The notes: a model not told the origin generated them from the sequence alone. A DNA stretch of 64,000 nucleotides from an uncultured Eubacteriales bacterium (GCA_964648465.1 CAZYMU010000001.1:56230-120229); one strand, 5' to 3'. Positions 51,285 through 61,919 are shown, counted from the first letter of the stretch. Made by a program: numbers and translations.

Positions 51285-52211
51285 CTATAATTCTAGAGAG
51301 TCTATTACATTGCGGACAGCTGCTTCTGACTTCTTGATAGCTTCTTTCTCTTCTTCTTTAAGGTCGATTTCAATTATTTTTTCAACTCCGTTAGCTCCTA
51401 ACTTAACCGGAACACCGAAATAGATATTGTTGATTCCGTATTCTCCTTCAAGGTAAGCTGTGCATGGGAGAATTTTTTTCTTGTCTTTAAGAATGGATTC
51501 AACCATTTCTGTTATAGCCAGCGAGGGTGAGTAGTAAGCGCTTCCTGTTTTCAGATATCTTACGATTTCTCCGCCACCTCCTCTTGTCCTTTCTACTATA
51601 GCGTCAATTTTTTCTTGGGAGATAAATTGGGTGATAGGTATACCAGAAATTGTTGTGTATCTTACAAAGGGGACCATTGTATCTCCATGTCCCCCGAGAA
51701 CCAGAGCCTGAATGCTTTCTACTGAAACATCGGCTTCCATTGCAATGAAACTTCTGTAGCGAGTTGTATCCAAGATACCTGCCATTCCAACGACCCTGTT
51801 TTTGGGAAATCCGCTGACTTTAAATGCAGTGTATACCATAGAATCGAGAGGATTAGAAACAACTATAAGAATAGCATTTGGAGAGTATTTAGTGATTTTT
51901 TCAGTAACGTCTTTTACAATTTTAAAATTTGTTCCAACAAGTTCATCCCGGCTCATTCCAGGCTTTCTTGGAACTCCAGCAGTTATAACCACTATGTCAG
52001 AATTTGCTGTGTCCTCGTATGAATTTGTTCCTATGATTATTGAATCATATTTTCCTACTGGCCCGCCTTCACGCATATCCAGACCTTTGCCGATGGGCAT
52101 ATCCTCGATAATATCAAGTAGTACGACATCGGCTAATTCTTTCTCAGTGATTTTGAATGCAGTACTTTCTCCTACATGGCCTGCTCCGACCACAGTTACT
52201 TTTTTTCTCAT
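51285..52211 (-). CDS. mdh: malate dehydrogenase (LDH-like MDH family)
   Basis: 308 aa. [15 protein letters not shown] Rossmann motif. The substrate-loop residue is Arg ([11 protein letters not shown]) rather than the Gln of lactate dehydrogenases. Confidence 0.8.
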   Translation of the reverse strand: MRKKVTVVGAGHVGESTAFKITEKELADVVLLDIIEDMPIGKGLDMREGGPVGKYDSIIIGTNSYEDTANSDIVVITAGVPRKPGMSRDELVGTNFKIVKDVTEKITKYSPNAILIVVSNPLDSMVYTAFKVSGFPKNRVVGMAGILDTTRYRSFIAMEADVSVESIQALVLGGHGDTMVPFVRYTTISGIPITQFISQEKIDAIVERTRGGGGEIVRYLKTGSAYYSPSLAITEMVESILKDKKKILPCTAYLEGEYGINNIYFGVPVKLGANGVEKIIEIDLKEEEKEAIKKSEAAVRNVIDSLEL

Positions 52212-52233
52212 TATTGCAGTCCTCCTTTAATTT

Positions 52234-52275
52234 GCGGGATAATTTAAAAAGATTACTATTACCCGCATTTTTTTA
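52234..52275 (+). terminator. intrinsic-terminator-like hairpin plus T-run, oriented for plus-strand transcripts
   Basis: GCGGGATAAT...ATTACCCGC forms a 9-bp stem with one bulge, followed by TTTTTTTT. It lies between two minus-strand genes (icd, mdh), so its role is unclear. Confidence 0.3.
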
Positions 52276-52451
52276 ACCTGAATTAGTCATAAATTATGCC
52301 TACACCAATATTTATTTTCCATTATATCTGCTAGTTGCGTTGATTTTTCCTTCAGCATAACATTTAACTCCTTTTCCTTGCAATTCTTTTCCTCTATATC
52401 AGCATTCTTTATGAATAATCCAGGTTAATTAATATTTTAAATTATGTTATA

Positions 52452-53657
52452 TTATTTAACCTGTTTTGAATAATTTTCCCATTTTTCTTTTAAGTCTGGA
52501 TCTTGTATGGTTTCCATGAGATAGTTTGAATATTCAGCACCAGTGACTCCTGTAGAACGTCCTGTGATGACAACTTTTTTCTCGAAATTTCCACATATGT
52601 CCAGCGCCATCTCCAATTTTCTGGATTTTTCAGGATAGCCAATATAGCTGATGAGCATTGCGGCAGCCCTGATCATGCTGCACGGGTCCGCATATATTGC
52701 TCTTCCTTCTTTAACCATTCTGGGGGCAGAACCGTGGATAGCTTCGAACATAGAATAGCGTTTTCCTATGTTAGCACTCCCTGCTGTTCCAACACCACCC
52801 TGAAATTGTGCTGCTTCATCAGTGAGAATATCCCCATAAAGATTTGGAAGGACCAAGACTTTAAACTGGCTTCTGCGTTTGGGATCTATAAGCTTAGCCG
52901 TCATGATATCGATATACCAGTCATCGCATTCTATTCCAGGGTACTCTTTGGCAATCTTATACCCCATATCCAGGAATTTACCGTCGGTAGTTTTGACGAC
53001 ATTAGCCTTTGTTACTATGGTAACTTTGTTGATATTATTTTTTTTAGCGTGTTCAAATGCAAGACGAATAATTCTCTCTGCTCCCTGGGAAGTTATGACT
53101 TTAAAGTCAAATGCAAGGTCATCGGTAACATTTATTCCCTTACTTCCCATGATGTAGGCGCCTTCGGTGTTTTCACGGAAGAAGATCCAGTCAATTCCTT
53201 CTTTTGGAACGCTTACGGGCCTGACATTTGCGAACAGGTCTAAATAACGCCGTAATGCAACATTACAGCTTTCAAGGTTTGGCCATGGGTCTCCTTTTCT
53301 TGGAGTAGTTGTTGGGCCCTTCAGTGTAATGTGGCATTTTTTTATCTTTTCAAGAACATCATCTGGGACGGATATGTTTTGTGCTGCACGGTTCTCTATG
53401 GTCAGACCTTCAATATCGCGCACTTCAACTTTTCCTGCTTTTATTTCTTCCTGAAGCATGAATTCCAGGATTTTCCTTGCCTCTTTAGCGATAAACGGGC
53501 CTATTCCATCACCGCCAATAATTCCAATAATTATAGGTTTTAATTGAGAAAAATCAGTCCAGTCCTGAGGTTCTTTCAGTTTCTCAACGCGTTTGAGTTG
53601 TTCTTCTATGATCTGAGAGAAGTGCGTCTTTGCTTTTTCGATTATTGTATTATCCAT
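52452..53657 (-). CDS. icd: isocitrate dehydrogenase (NADP-type, isocitrate/isopropylmalate dehydrogenase family)
   Basis: 401 aa. NVALRRYLDLFANVRP matches the IDH phosphorylation-loop region. NLYGDILTDEAA and the GS-rich C-terminus are present. Confidence 0.7.
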   Translation of the reverse strand: MDNTIIEKAKTHFSQIIEEQLKRVEKLKEPQDWTDFSQLKPIIIGIIGGDGIGPFIAKEARKILEFMLQEEIKAGKVEVRDIEGLTIENRAAQNISVPDDVLEKIKKCHITLKGPTTTPRKGDPWPNLESCNVALRRYLDLFANVRPVSVPKEGIDWIFFRENTEGAYIMGSKGINVTDDLAFDFKVITSQGAERIIRLAFEHAKKNNINKVTIVTKANVVKTTDGKFLDMGYKIAKEYPGIECDDWYIDIMTAKLIDPKRRSQFKVLVLPNLYGDILTDEAAQFQGGVGTAGSANIGKRYSMFEAIHGSAPRMVKEGRAIYADPCSMIRAAAMLISYIGYPEKSRKLEMALDICGNFEKKVVITGRSTGVTGAEYSNYLMETIQDPDLKEKWENYSKQVK

Positions 53658-53842
53658 GATTGCTTCTCCGTATAATATTGATATTAATTCGAGTAAAACA
53701 ATAACTGTAGAATATTATAATTTTTTACTAGTAAAATCAACTAACATTTGAACTTTTTGGCCTTCTATTATATATTATCCGATCATATATACAAGGGGAT
53801 AGAAATCCCCTCATATTAATAAAATTAAGAGGGAGTGTCATA

Positions 53843-56389
53843 ATGCCAAAATCATATTTCAAAGGAACAATTGAAGAAAGAAAGCATGGAATTCCTCCGC
53901 TGCCCCTAAACCCAAAGGAAACAGAAAAACTATGTAAGTTCTTGGAAGATCCCCAGGAAGGAGAAGAAGGCTTTCTTTTAGATTTATTGAAAAATAGAGT
54001 AGCTCCTGGTGTTGATCCGGCATCAAAGATCAAAGCAGAATGGCTTAAGAAAATAGCTAAAAGCGATGTCTGTTCTCCTGTATTATCAAGAAAAAAAGCA
54101 GTAAAACTGCTTGGCACCATGCTAGGCGGGTACAATGTTGATCATTTGATTTCCTTATTGAAGGATCAGGAAATTGCTCAGGAAGCGGCAGAAGCGTTAA
54201 AAAAGATTATTCTTATTTACCAGAATTTTGATAAGATTGTTGAAATGGCAGGGGCCAACAGATTTGCTAAAGATGTGCTCACATCATGGGCAAAAGGGGA
54301 GTGGTTTCTTTCGAGACCTGACTTTCCGGATAAATTCATGCTTAAAGTCTACAAAGTGGACGGAGAAATAAATACCGATGATTTATCTCCGGCAAAATAT
54401 GCATGGAGCCGCTCAGACATCCCTTTGCATGCCCTTTCCATGGGGGAAACAAGATTTCCTGATGGGATTGAAACAATTAAAAAGTTTCGTAGCGAAGGAA
54501 ACCGTGTTGTTTTTGTTGGCGATGTTGTAGGCACAGGTTCTTCTAGAAAGTCCGCAACAAATTCTCTGATGTGGCACACTGGAGAAGACATTCCCTTTGT
54601 TCCAAACAAAAGGAGGGGGGGAATTGTATTAGGTGGTTTGATTGCTCCTATTTTCTTTAATACAGTAGAGGACTCTGGGGGCCTGCCAATCATGTGCGAT
54701 GTAAGCAGAATGAAGACAGGAGAGATTATCACAATTGATACAATCTCTAAAAAAATCACGAATGAATATGGAGAAATGCTGACAAGTTTCGAATTTAAGC
54801 CTGCAACACTCAAAGATGAATACAGGGCTGGTGGACGGCTTCTTCTTATTATTGGCCATTCATTGACTGCCAAAGCGCGAAAAGTGCTCGGTATGCCAGA
54901 GGCTGCTTTTTTTACTACTATTAAAAATCCAACACCTATACAAGAGCAGGGATATACTTTAGCCCAGAAAATAGTTGGAAAAGCTTGCGGTGTTGAGGGA
55001 ATACTTCCGGGTTCTTCCTGTGAACCAAAAATGACTACGGTAGGATCGCAGGATACAACCGGTACTATGACAGCAGATGAACTGAAAGAACTTGCCTGCA
55101 TGGAATTTCAATCAGAGATATTTTTTCAGTCTTTCTGCCATACCGCTGCTTATCCTAAACCTTCAGACGTGAAAATGCATAAATTTCTCTCAGAGTTTAC
55201 TGTTGAGCGTAAGGGGGTGGCCATTAGGCCTGGTGATGGAGTCATACATTCGTGGCTGAACCGTCTTTTGGTGCCTGATACCATGGGAACAGCTGGTGAT
55301 TCTCACACACGTTTCCCTATTGGATTGAGCTTTCCTGCTGGTTCTGGACTTGTTGCATTTGCTGGGACTTTAGGTTTTATGCCGCTGGATATGCCAGAGT
55401 CTGTCCTTGTAAAGTTTAGCGGCAAAATAAAACCGGGAATTACTCTAAGGGATATAGTAAATGCTATTCCTTATTTTGCCATAAAAAAAGGGATGTTGAC
55501 GGTTGAGAAAGAGGGGAAAAAAAATTTTTTTAACGGTCGTATTGTCGAAATGGAAGGTCTTCCTGATTTAACCGTCGAACAGGCGTTCGAATTGACAGAT
55601 GCTACTGCAGAGCGTTCTGCTGCAGGAGGAACTATCTCTCTGAATAGAGAGATAGTGATCAGCTATATTAAGAGCAATATTTCTTTAATGGAGAAACTAA
55701 TAGTTGATGGCTATCAGTATGCACCTAGTTTAAGAAAGAGGATAGAATCCTGCCAGAGATGGCTTGAAAATCCTGTAATTCTGAGGAGAGATGAGAATGC
55801 CGAATATGTTAAGGTCCTTGAAATAAATCTCCAAGATATTACTGAGCCAATATTAGCTTGTCCAAATGATCCTGATGACGTGAAGATGCTTTCTGAGGTT
55901 GCTGGCACCAAGATTGAAGAAATATTCATTGGATCATGCATGACTAACATAGGCCATTTCAGGGCAGCTGGGAAAATATTTGAAGATGCAGGTTATCTTG
56001 ATACGCGAGTCTGGTTAGCTCCTCCAACAAAGATGGATAGAGCCCAGTTAAAGAGAGAAGGATATTATTCGATATATTCCAGTGTTGGCGCCAGGACAGA
56101 AATTCCGGGCTGTTCTCTGTGTATGGGCAATCAAGCTAGAGTCAGACCAAGGGCAACTATTATTTCCACATCCACAAGAAATTTCGATAACAGAATGGGA
56201 GATGAGGTTCAGGTCTTTCTAGGGTCTGCCGAACTTGCTGCTGTATGTGCTCTTTATGGAAAAATTCCTACTCCTGAAGAATATTTTTCCATTTTTAATA
56301 AAAAAATTACTCCAAAGAAAGATGAAATTTACAGATACCTTAAGTTTGATGAGATGAAAGATCTCTCTCTAGAATACGAAAAAGCTTGA
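53843..56389 (+). CDS. acnB: aconitate hydratase B (bifunctional aconitase 2 / 2-methylisocitrate dehydratase)
   Basis: 848 aa. Has the AcnB-specific N-terminal HEAT-like domain and the aconitase catalytic motifs (SQDTTG, CMGNQAR). Confidence 0.8.
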   Translation: MPKSYFKGTIEERKHGIPPLPLNPKETEKLCKFLEDPQEGEEGFLLDLLKNRVAPGVDPASKIKAEWLKKIAKSDVCSPVLSRKKAVKLLGTMLGGYNVDHLISLLKDQEIAQEAAEALKKIILIYQNFDKIVEMAGANRFAKDVLTSWAKGEWFLSRPDFPDKFMLKVYKVDGEINTDDLSPAKYAWSRSDIPLHALSMGETRFPDGIETIKKFRSEGNRVVFVGDVVGTGSSRKSATNSLMWHTGEDIPFVPNKRRGGIVLGGLIAPIFFNTVEDSGGLPIMCDVSRMKTGEIITIDTISKKITNEYGEMLTSFEFKPATLKDEYRAGGRLLLIIGHSLTAKARKVLGMPEAAFFTTIKNPTPIQEQGYTLAQKIVGKACGVEGILPGSSCEPKMTTVGSQDTTGTMTADELKELACMEFQSEIFFQSFCHTAAYPKPSDVKMHKFLSEFTVERKGVAIRPGDGVIHSWLNRLLVPDTMGTAGDSHTRFPIGLSFPAGSGLVAFAGTLGFMPLDMPESVLVKFSGKIKPGITLRDIVNAIPYFAIKKGMLTVEKEGKKNFFNGRIVEMEGLPDLTVEQAFELTDATAERSAAGGTISLNREIVISYIKSNISLMEKLIVDGYQYAPSLRKRIESCQRWLENPVILRRDENAEYVKVLEINLQDITEPILACPNDPDDVKMLSEVAGTKIEEIFIGSCMTNIGHFRAAGKIFEDAGYLDTRVWLAPPTKMDRAQLKREGYYSIYSSVGARTEIPGCSLCMGNQARVRPRATIISTSTRNFDNRMGDEVQVFLGSAELAAVCALYGKIPTPEEYFSIFNKKITPKKDEIYRYLKFDEMKDLSLEYEKA

Positions 56390-56419
56390 GGTAGAGCAAT
56401 GATGGATTTTAATGATTAA

Positions 56420-56518
56420 TTTGCACGGAAAAACAGCATTTTCCTGGCTTCGGATCTGGCTCAGCATATCACTGGCGAAGTTCTAAATATAAACGGCAGT
56501 TCTGTGCTTTGTGCTTAA
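56420..56518 (+). pseudogene. relic: C-terminal about 32 codons of a short-chain dehydrogenase/reductase (SDR)
   Basis: The frame reads FARKNSIFLASDLAQHITGEVLNINGSSVLCA*, the classic SDR C-terminus (FLASD-A-YITGQ-L-V-GG). No upstream coding continuation. Confidence 0.4.
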
Positions 56519-56558
56519 TACAAGCTTGTGAAATGCTTTAGATTTTGATAGCTTTAGA

Positions 56559-56840
56559 TTGAAACGTAAAAAGGAGGCCAAAATGGAAGAAGAAATTGGG
56601 AAAATTACTCATTTTTTTTCTAAGATTAATGTTGGAATCCTGATACTATTAAAGGGAAAATTAAAAATTGGGGATATCATCCACATAAAAGGTCACACGA
56701 CGGATTTTCACCAGAGAATAGAGTCAATGCAGATAGAATACGCTCCTGTTGATTCGATTAAAGCAGGAGTTGAGGCAGGGATTAAGGTAGAGAATGCTGT
56801 ACGAGAGAATGATATAGTTTTTAAAGTTACAGATGATTAG
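56559..56840 (+). CDS. hypothetical small protein
   Basis: 93 aa with an RBS-like GGAGG. Weak resemblance to small beta-barrel domains. No confident family. Confidence 0.3.
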   Translation: MKRKKEAKMEEEIGKITHFFSKINVGILILLKGKLKIGDIIHIKGHTTDFHQRIESMQIEYAPVDSIKAGVEAGIKVENAVRENDIVFKVTDD

Positions 56841-56911
56841 ATGACGTGATTTGTATGAATAAATTACTTGACATCGAAGTTCTTTTAAATATGATAAGCA
56901 AGGAATAGATT

Positions 56912-57805
56912 ATGACAAAGAAGTTCTTATCACTGATTATTGTCCCCCATAACAAAGGAAAATCCAAAACTATTACTCTTTCCAAAAAAAACATCAAGAT
57001 AACAGCAATCGTTGCCGGGTTCCTATTTGTTATTATTGTTGTATTTCTGGTTGATTACTTTTGTATGAGTGGCACACGCAGCAAATACAAGAAATTATGC
57101 GAAGAGAGCGCTCAACAAAAAGAAACTCTTGCTCAATATGAAGATTCAGTAAACAAACTGGAAGCAAGAGTTAAGACTTTTGATGAGTACCGTAAGAGGC
57201 TGAACATAATGGCAGGGCTGAAATCTGAGGAAGTTTTAAGCGGAGAACCAGGAATTGGAGGAGGAAGCAGCGAGGAAATTCCTGTTTTGAGTAATTCAGG
57301 GGATTTAGATTTTAGCCACTTACAAAACATAGATGTAAAAGCCGAAGGTATTGGAAATAATCTTAATACACTGGTTAATTTTTTCGAAAATCAAAAGTTG
57401 GAACTGAATGCGACCCCAAGTATCAAGCCAACAAAAGGGTGGATAACTTCTTCATTTGGGATGAGAGATGATCCTTTTACAGGTAAACGAGCTTTTCATT
57501 GGGGGATTGACATTGCAACTCAATATGGAAATCCAGTTATTGCGACGGCGGATGGTGTGGTATTTCAAACAAAAACCGAAAAAATCGGAGGGAGAACTAT
57601 TAAAATAAACCATCCAAGAACAGGTTATACAACCGTTTACTGCCATTTGAGTAAGTATTTAGTTAAGCCTGGTCAGAAGGTAAAGAGAGGGGATAGTATC
57701 GGGTTGGTTGGTAAAACAGGTAGAGCCACGAGTCCCCATGTTCACTATGAAGTCCGCCTAAACGGGAAACGTGTTAATCCTTGGTATTACATACTTGACG
57801 ACTAA
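56912..57805 (+). CDS. M23-family metallopeptidase (LytM/NlpD-like) with N-terminal TM and coiled coil
   Basis: HWGIDIATQYGNPVIATADGVV and PHVHYEV match the M23 zinc-binding motifs. Confidence 0.8.
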   Translation: MTKKFLSLIIVPHNKGKSKTITLSKKNIKITAIVAGFLFVIIVVFLVDYFCMSGTRSKYKKLCEESAQQKETLAQYEDSVNKLEARVKTFDEYRKRLNIMAGLKSEEVLSGEPGIGGGSSEEIPVLSNSGDLDFSHLQNIDVKAEGIGNNLNTLVNFFENQKLELNATPSIKPTKGWITSSFGMRDDPFTGKRAFHWGIDIATQYGNPVIATADGVVFQTKTEKIGGRTIKINHPRTGYTTVYCHLSKYLVKPGQKVKRGDSIGLVGKTGRATSPHVHYEVRLNGKRVNPWYYILDD

Positions 57806-58743
57806 GAGACGCTAAACTTATCACCTGGTTTTATTTTTCCCCCAAGAGAAAACGAATAAGCATTCATTTCTTTTTTATTTTCAGGTTGAAGAATTTCTAT
57901 AAGGAAAGAATTTCTATCCCCACAACAAATCTCGAGGCCTTCTTTATTTATTTTTAAGATTTCTCCTGGGGAACCGAGTGAACCTTTTTTATCAGTGCTT
58001 TTTCCTTGCAGGATTTTAATACGTTTTTCTTCAAGGAATGTATATGTTGACGGCCATGGGTTAAATGCTTTTACCTGCCTTTCTATATAGGCTGAATCTT
58101 TTTCCCAGTTAATTTTTCCATCCTCTTTTTTAAGAAGTGGAGCATAGGTAGAAAGAGAATGGTCCTGTTTTCGAGGTTTAATTTTGTCAATTCTGGATAT
58201 GGTTTTAAGTAAGAGGTCTGCTCCGATCAATGCCAGACGGGCTTCAAGGTCTACTGAGCTTTCATAAGAAAAGATTTCAACTTCTTCCTGTGATAAAATA
58301 TCCCCTTCATCCATTTTTTCGTTTAGTTTGAAAATAGTTATACCGGTTTTTTTATCACCATTTAAGATAGCCCAATGTACAGGAGAAGCACCTTTATATT
58401 TCGGAAGAAGAGAGAAATGCATATTGATAGAATCATATTTAGGAAGATAAATTACTGAGCTTGGAATGATCTGGCCGTATGCGACTACAATATTTAGGTC
58501 TGGAGAGGAAGCCTTTATTTTTTCCACTATGATTGGGTCTTTTCGGATTTTTTCAGGCTGATATATTGGGATATCACGGTCAAGGCCAAATTTTTTTACT
58601 GGTGAGATGGCAAGTTTCTTCCCCCTTCCTGAAGGCCTATCTGGTTGGGTAATGATAAGATTTATATAATTGCCTGCATCTAGTATTTTGTTAAGAGCAG
58701 GGAGAGCTGATTTAGGGCTTCCGAAGAAAACGATTTTCATCAA
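57802..58743 (-). CDS. fmt: methionyl-tRNA formyltransferase
   Basis: 313 aa. The N-terminal formyltransferase domain (MKIVFFGSP ... ITQPDRPSGRGKK) is present. Overlaps def by 4 nt. Confidence 0.85.
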   Translation of the reverse strand: MMKIVFFGSPKSALPALNKILDAGNYINLIITQPDRPSGRGKKLAISPVKKFGLDRDIPIYQPEKIRKDPIIVEKIKASSPDLNIVVAYGQIIPSSVIYLPKYDSINMHFSLLPKYKGASPVHWAILNGDKKTGITIFKLNEKMDEGDILSQEEVEIFSYESSVDLEARLALIGADLLLKTISRIDKIKPRKQDHSLSTYAPLLKKEDGKINWEKDSAYIERQVKAFNPWPSTYTFLEEKRIKILQGKSTDKKGSLGSPGEILKINKEGLEICCGDRNSFLIEILQPENKKEMNAYSFSLGGKIKPGDKFSVS

Positions 58744-59267
58744 GATATGGCTTCTTCTTTTATTTTTTTTAATTTTTTCCTAATGAGGCTTTTTTTAAGG
58801 GGTGAGAGATAATCTATGAATAACTTTCCATTCAGGTGGTCAATTTCGTGGCAGAAAACTCTAGCAAGAAGACCTTCAGCTTCTATGATTTTTTCTTCAC
58901 CTTTAAGGTCAATTCCTTTAACATGAACAGTAGAAGGCCTGATGAGTTTTTCACTTATGCCAGGAATGGAGAGGCAACTTTCCTCCAAAACAATTTCTCC
59001 TTTGGGAGTGAATATTTCTGGGTTCAATAGAATAATTAGATCCTTACTGTTTTCTCCTACAGAAAGGTCAACGGTTATGAGCCGTATGCTACGATTAACT
59101 TGAGGAGCAGCAAGTCCTATTCCAGGAGCTTTATGCATTGTAAAAACCATATAGTGAGCAAAACTTAGAATATCTTCATCAATATTTTGTATTTTTTTTG
59201 ATTTCTTAGTAAGAATAGGATTTCCGTATAGTATAATTTGAAGAACGGACATATTTTTTTGTAGCAA
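58740..59267 (-). CDS. def: peptide deformylase
   Basis: 175 aa. The three PDF motifs are present: GIGLAAPQV, EGCLSIPG and HEIDHLNG. Confidence 0.85.
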   Translation of the reverse strand: MLQKNMSVLQIILYGNPILTKKSKKIQNIDEDILSFAHYMVFTMHKAPGIGLAAPQVNRSIRLITVDLSVGENSKDLIILLNPEIFTPKGEIVLEESCLSIPGISEKLIRPSTVHVKGIDLKGEEKIIEAEGLLARVFCHEIDHLNGKLFIDYLSPLKKSLIRKKLKKIKEEAIS

Positions 59268-59491
59268 TTCTCTCTCCTCCTATATTCTAAAATAATATAT
59301 CATTTACGTAAAGAATTGAAAATTATTTTTTACCCAAATTTTATCCTCTTTAGCTGCTTGGAAAAAAATGCATTATGGTTTTTTTGTAAAATAGAGATTG
59401 GTATCAGGTCAGCTGCCTCAAAAACAGTTTAGGTGTTTTATAACTGTAGGTTATGAAAAATGATAAAATTAGATAAATATCTAACTTCAGG

Positions 59492-59848
59492 TTATAATCC
59501 TTTATACTTGATAAATTTGTTTTTTTCTAAGTGCTGAAGAAATATCGATAGTCTGTCATAAAGAGGTTTTAGTTTTTCTCCAAATTTGTCCTGCATGAGT
59601 TTTGCAATCTCTTGGACTGTATTTGTATCGTTCAGGTTTTCCCAGACAAAGCTGCCGACAGCATCGAGTCTTACCTTGTAAAAAGGTCTTTTTAGATGAG
59701 AAATAATGTATTTCTTTGAAAAAGTACTCTTGAATTTTGGTTTTAATAGAATGACTAATCCTTCCTTATTTTTTTTCCAGTCAACACAACGGATAGGAAT
59801 TAAGTCTAGAAGGTTTATTTCTTTTTCTGCCTCTATTTTTTTCTTCAC
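59492..59848 (-). CDS. PqqD-family (RiPP-recognition-element-like) small protein
   Basis: 118 aa. The C-terminal half (DAVGSFVWENLNDTNTVQEIAKLMQDKFGE) resembles the PqqD/RRE fold consensus. Confidence 0.4.
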   Translation of the reverse strand: MKKKIEAEKEINLLDLIPIRCVDWKKNKEGLVILLKPKFKSTFSKKYIISHLKRPFYKVRLDAVGSFVWENLNDTNTVQEIAKLMQDKFGEKLKPLYDRLSIFLQHLEKNKFIKYKGL

Positions 59849-59861
59849 AATTAGGTTGTAT

Positions 59862-61919
59862 TTAATCTGTTGTTTTTTCGTATTCTCCTGAATCGATCAT
59901 CTTTTTATATGGGAAATATATAAGGATAAATCCAAGAATAAAAAATATTATCAATGCCAGCCAGGGATTATTCAAGGATTTTGGCATAGTGACTTTTGCT
60001 CCTTTAAGGGCTGCAGTAATGATCCCGATAATTGCCTGACCTGCTATAAGCCCTGAAGCAAGAAGAAGGCCTATGCTTTCCAAGGTTTCTTTTCCTTTTG
60101 CTGTGGGATTTTTTTTGTTCGCTCTGCTCTCTAGGAAATATTTAATAACTCCCCCGAAGAAAAGGCATGATGTGGCACGGAATGGTAGGTACATTCCTAC
60201 AGCAATGAGCATTGGAGAAGGAGATCCGATAAGGATAAGAGCAACTGCTAAAAGCATTCCAGCAATGACTAGGGGCCAGGCCATTTCACCGCCTACTATT
60301 CCCTGTGCCATTGTTGCCATTAAACCAGCTTGGGGAGCAGGAAGGGCATCACTTCCTATTCTCATTGTGTTGTGCAAAAGCTGAAGGGAGAATGTTAATG
60401 TTAATGCGGCTGCAACAACACCGATGAGTCCTCCTATTTGCATGCGCCATGGTGTGCCGCCAAGAATATGCCCGACTTTCCAGTCTTGAATCATATCACC
60501 TGCAACACCTGCTACGCAGCAGACAACAGCAGCTACTCCTAGTACAGCTGCTATCCCGGATTTTCCTGTTTGTCCGAGAAGAACCATCATGAGGGCTGCA
60601 ATCAGGAGGGTAGTCAGTGTTAGCCCGGAAATGGGATTTGAGGAAGAGCCAATGATACCGACTAGATAACCAGCCACTGCGGCAAAAAGGAGTCCCATGA
60701 CTATCATTACCAGTGCTGAAACTAGGGAAGATCCGATATTGTGAGTAAACATATTGTAGAGAAAAATCATGGGGATTATCATTGCAACTATTGAAATGAT
60801 TATTGTTGGGAAAGGGAGGTCTTTGTCGGTTCTAGGTATTTCTGTTACTTTCTCACCTTTTGTCTTTTTAACATCTGAAATTGAACGGCTGATTCCCGTG
60901 ATAAGACTCTTTCTCATTTTAAAGAGCGTATAAAATGCTCCGACAAGCATTGCTCCAACCGCTATTGGTTTGATCTGAGCATTGTAAGCTGAAATGGCCA
61001 TAGCGGTCCAGCTTCCATTAAATTTGGAAACAATGCTCCCTAAATCTCCGCTTATGAAAAGCATGAATGGCATGAGGAAAAGCCATCCAAGAACACCTCC
61101 AGAAAAGGTGAGGGCTGCTAATTTTGGCCCAATGATATAGCCTACACCAGTCATAGCTGCATTGGCTGCCGGTGATTCCATAAACATTCTTCCTTTTATA
61201 GATTCGGTAGATTTGTGAATTAAATTGTTTTCTGAATCTAGAAAAGAAATGCGTGATAAACCAGGGATTTTGAATACAGATCGAACGTAAGGTTTTATCA
61301 CTTGCACGCCATTTTCGCTGGTGAAAAATTCGATCAGTCCACCTAAACCCATGGCCCAAAACATATATTTTGCATTAGAGCCTGCTTTCTGGCCTGTCTT
61401 AACCATCTCTGCACAAGCTACACTTTCAGGAAAAGGAAGATCAGCGTCTTCAACGAGTGTACGTCTAATGAGGATAATCAGAAATACTCCGAGGACTCCT
61501 CCAACAAGCATTAGAAGAGAAGATTTGAAAACATCGAATTTTGTCCAAACTCCGGTCATAAGAAAAGCCGGGATAGTAAAAATTGCTCCAGCAGCCAGGG
61601 CTTCTCCAACAGCTCCTGTTGTTCGAGCCAGGTTTTCCTCCAAAATGGTTCCCTTAAAAGGCTTGAGAACAGCCATTGCAATGACTGCTGCCGGAAAGGT
61701 TGCCGCTACTGTCATTCCAACAAGAAGTCCAATATAGGCATTTGCAGCTCCGAGAATAATCGCCATGATTATTCCTAGAAAAATCGCCTTGAAAGATATT
61801 TCTTTCATTGATTGTTCGGGTGAAACATAAGGTTTGAAGGATTTATCATTCATGCTTACCTCCTTAGTTTGATTAACCTGATTTTTATTGAATATATATT
61901 TCCAATGGATAAAAATCAA
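59862..61919 (-). CDS. OPT-superfamily oligopeptide transporter
   Basis: 685 aa with about 16 TM helices and the Gly-rich helix patterns typical of bacterial OPT transporters. Confidence 0.7.
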   Translation of the reverse strand: MIFIHWKYIFNKNQVNQTKEVSMNDKSFKPYVSPEQSMKEISFKAIFLGIIMAIILGAANAYIGLLVGMTVAATFPAAVIAMAVLKPFKGTILEENLARTTGAVGEALAAGAIFTIPAFLMTGVWTKFDVFKSSLLMLVGGVLGVFLIILIRRTLVEDADLPFPESVACAEMVKTGQKAGSNAKYMFWAMGLGGLIEFFTSENGVQVIKPYVRSVFKIPGLSRISFLDSENNLIHKSTESIKGRMFMESPAANAAMTGVGYIIGPKLAALTFSGGVLGWLFLMPFMLFISGDLGSIVSKFNGSWTAMAISAYNAQIKPIAVGAMLVGAFYTLFKMRKSLITGISRSISDVKKTKGEKVTEIPRTDKDLPFPTIIISIVAMIIPMIFLYNMFTHNIGSSLVSALVMIVMGLLFAAVAGYLVGIIGSSSNPISGLTLTTLLIAALMMVLLGQTGKSGIAAVLGVAAVVCCVAGVAGDMIQDWKVGHILGGTPWRMQIGGLIGVVAAALTLTFSLQLLHNTMRIGSDALPAPQAGLMATMAQGIVGGEMAWPLVIAGMLLAVALILIGSPSPMLIAVGMYLPFRATSCLFFGGVIKYFLESRANKKNPTAKGKETLESIGLLLASGLIAGQAIIGIITAALKGAKVTMPKSLNNPWLALIIFFILGFILIYFPYKKMIDSGEYEKTTD

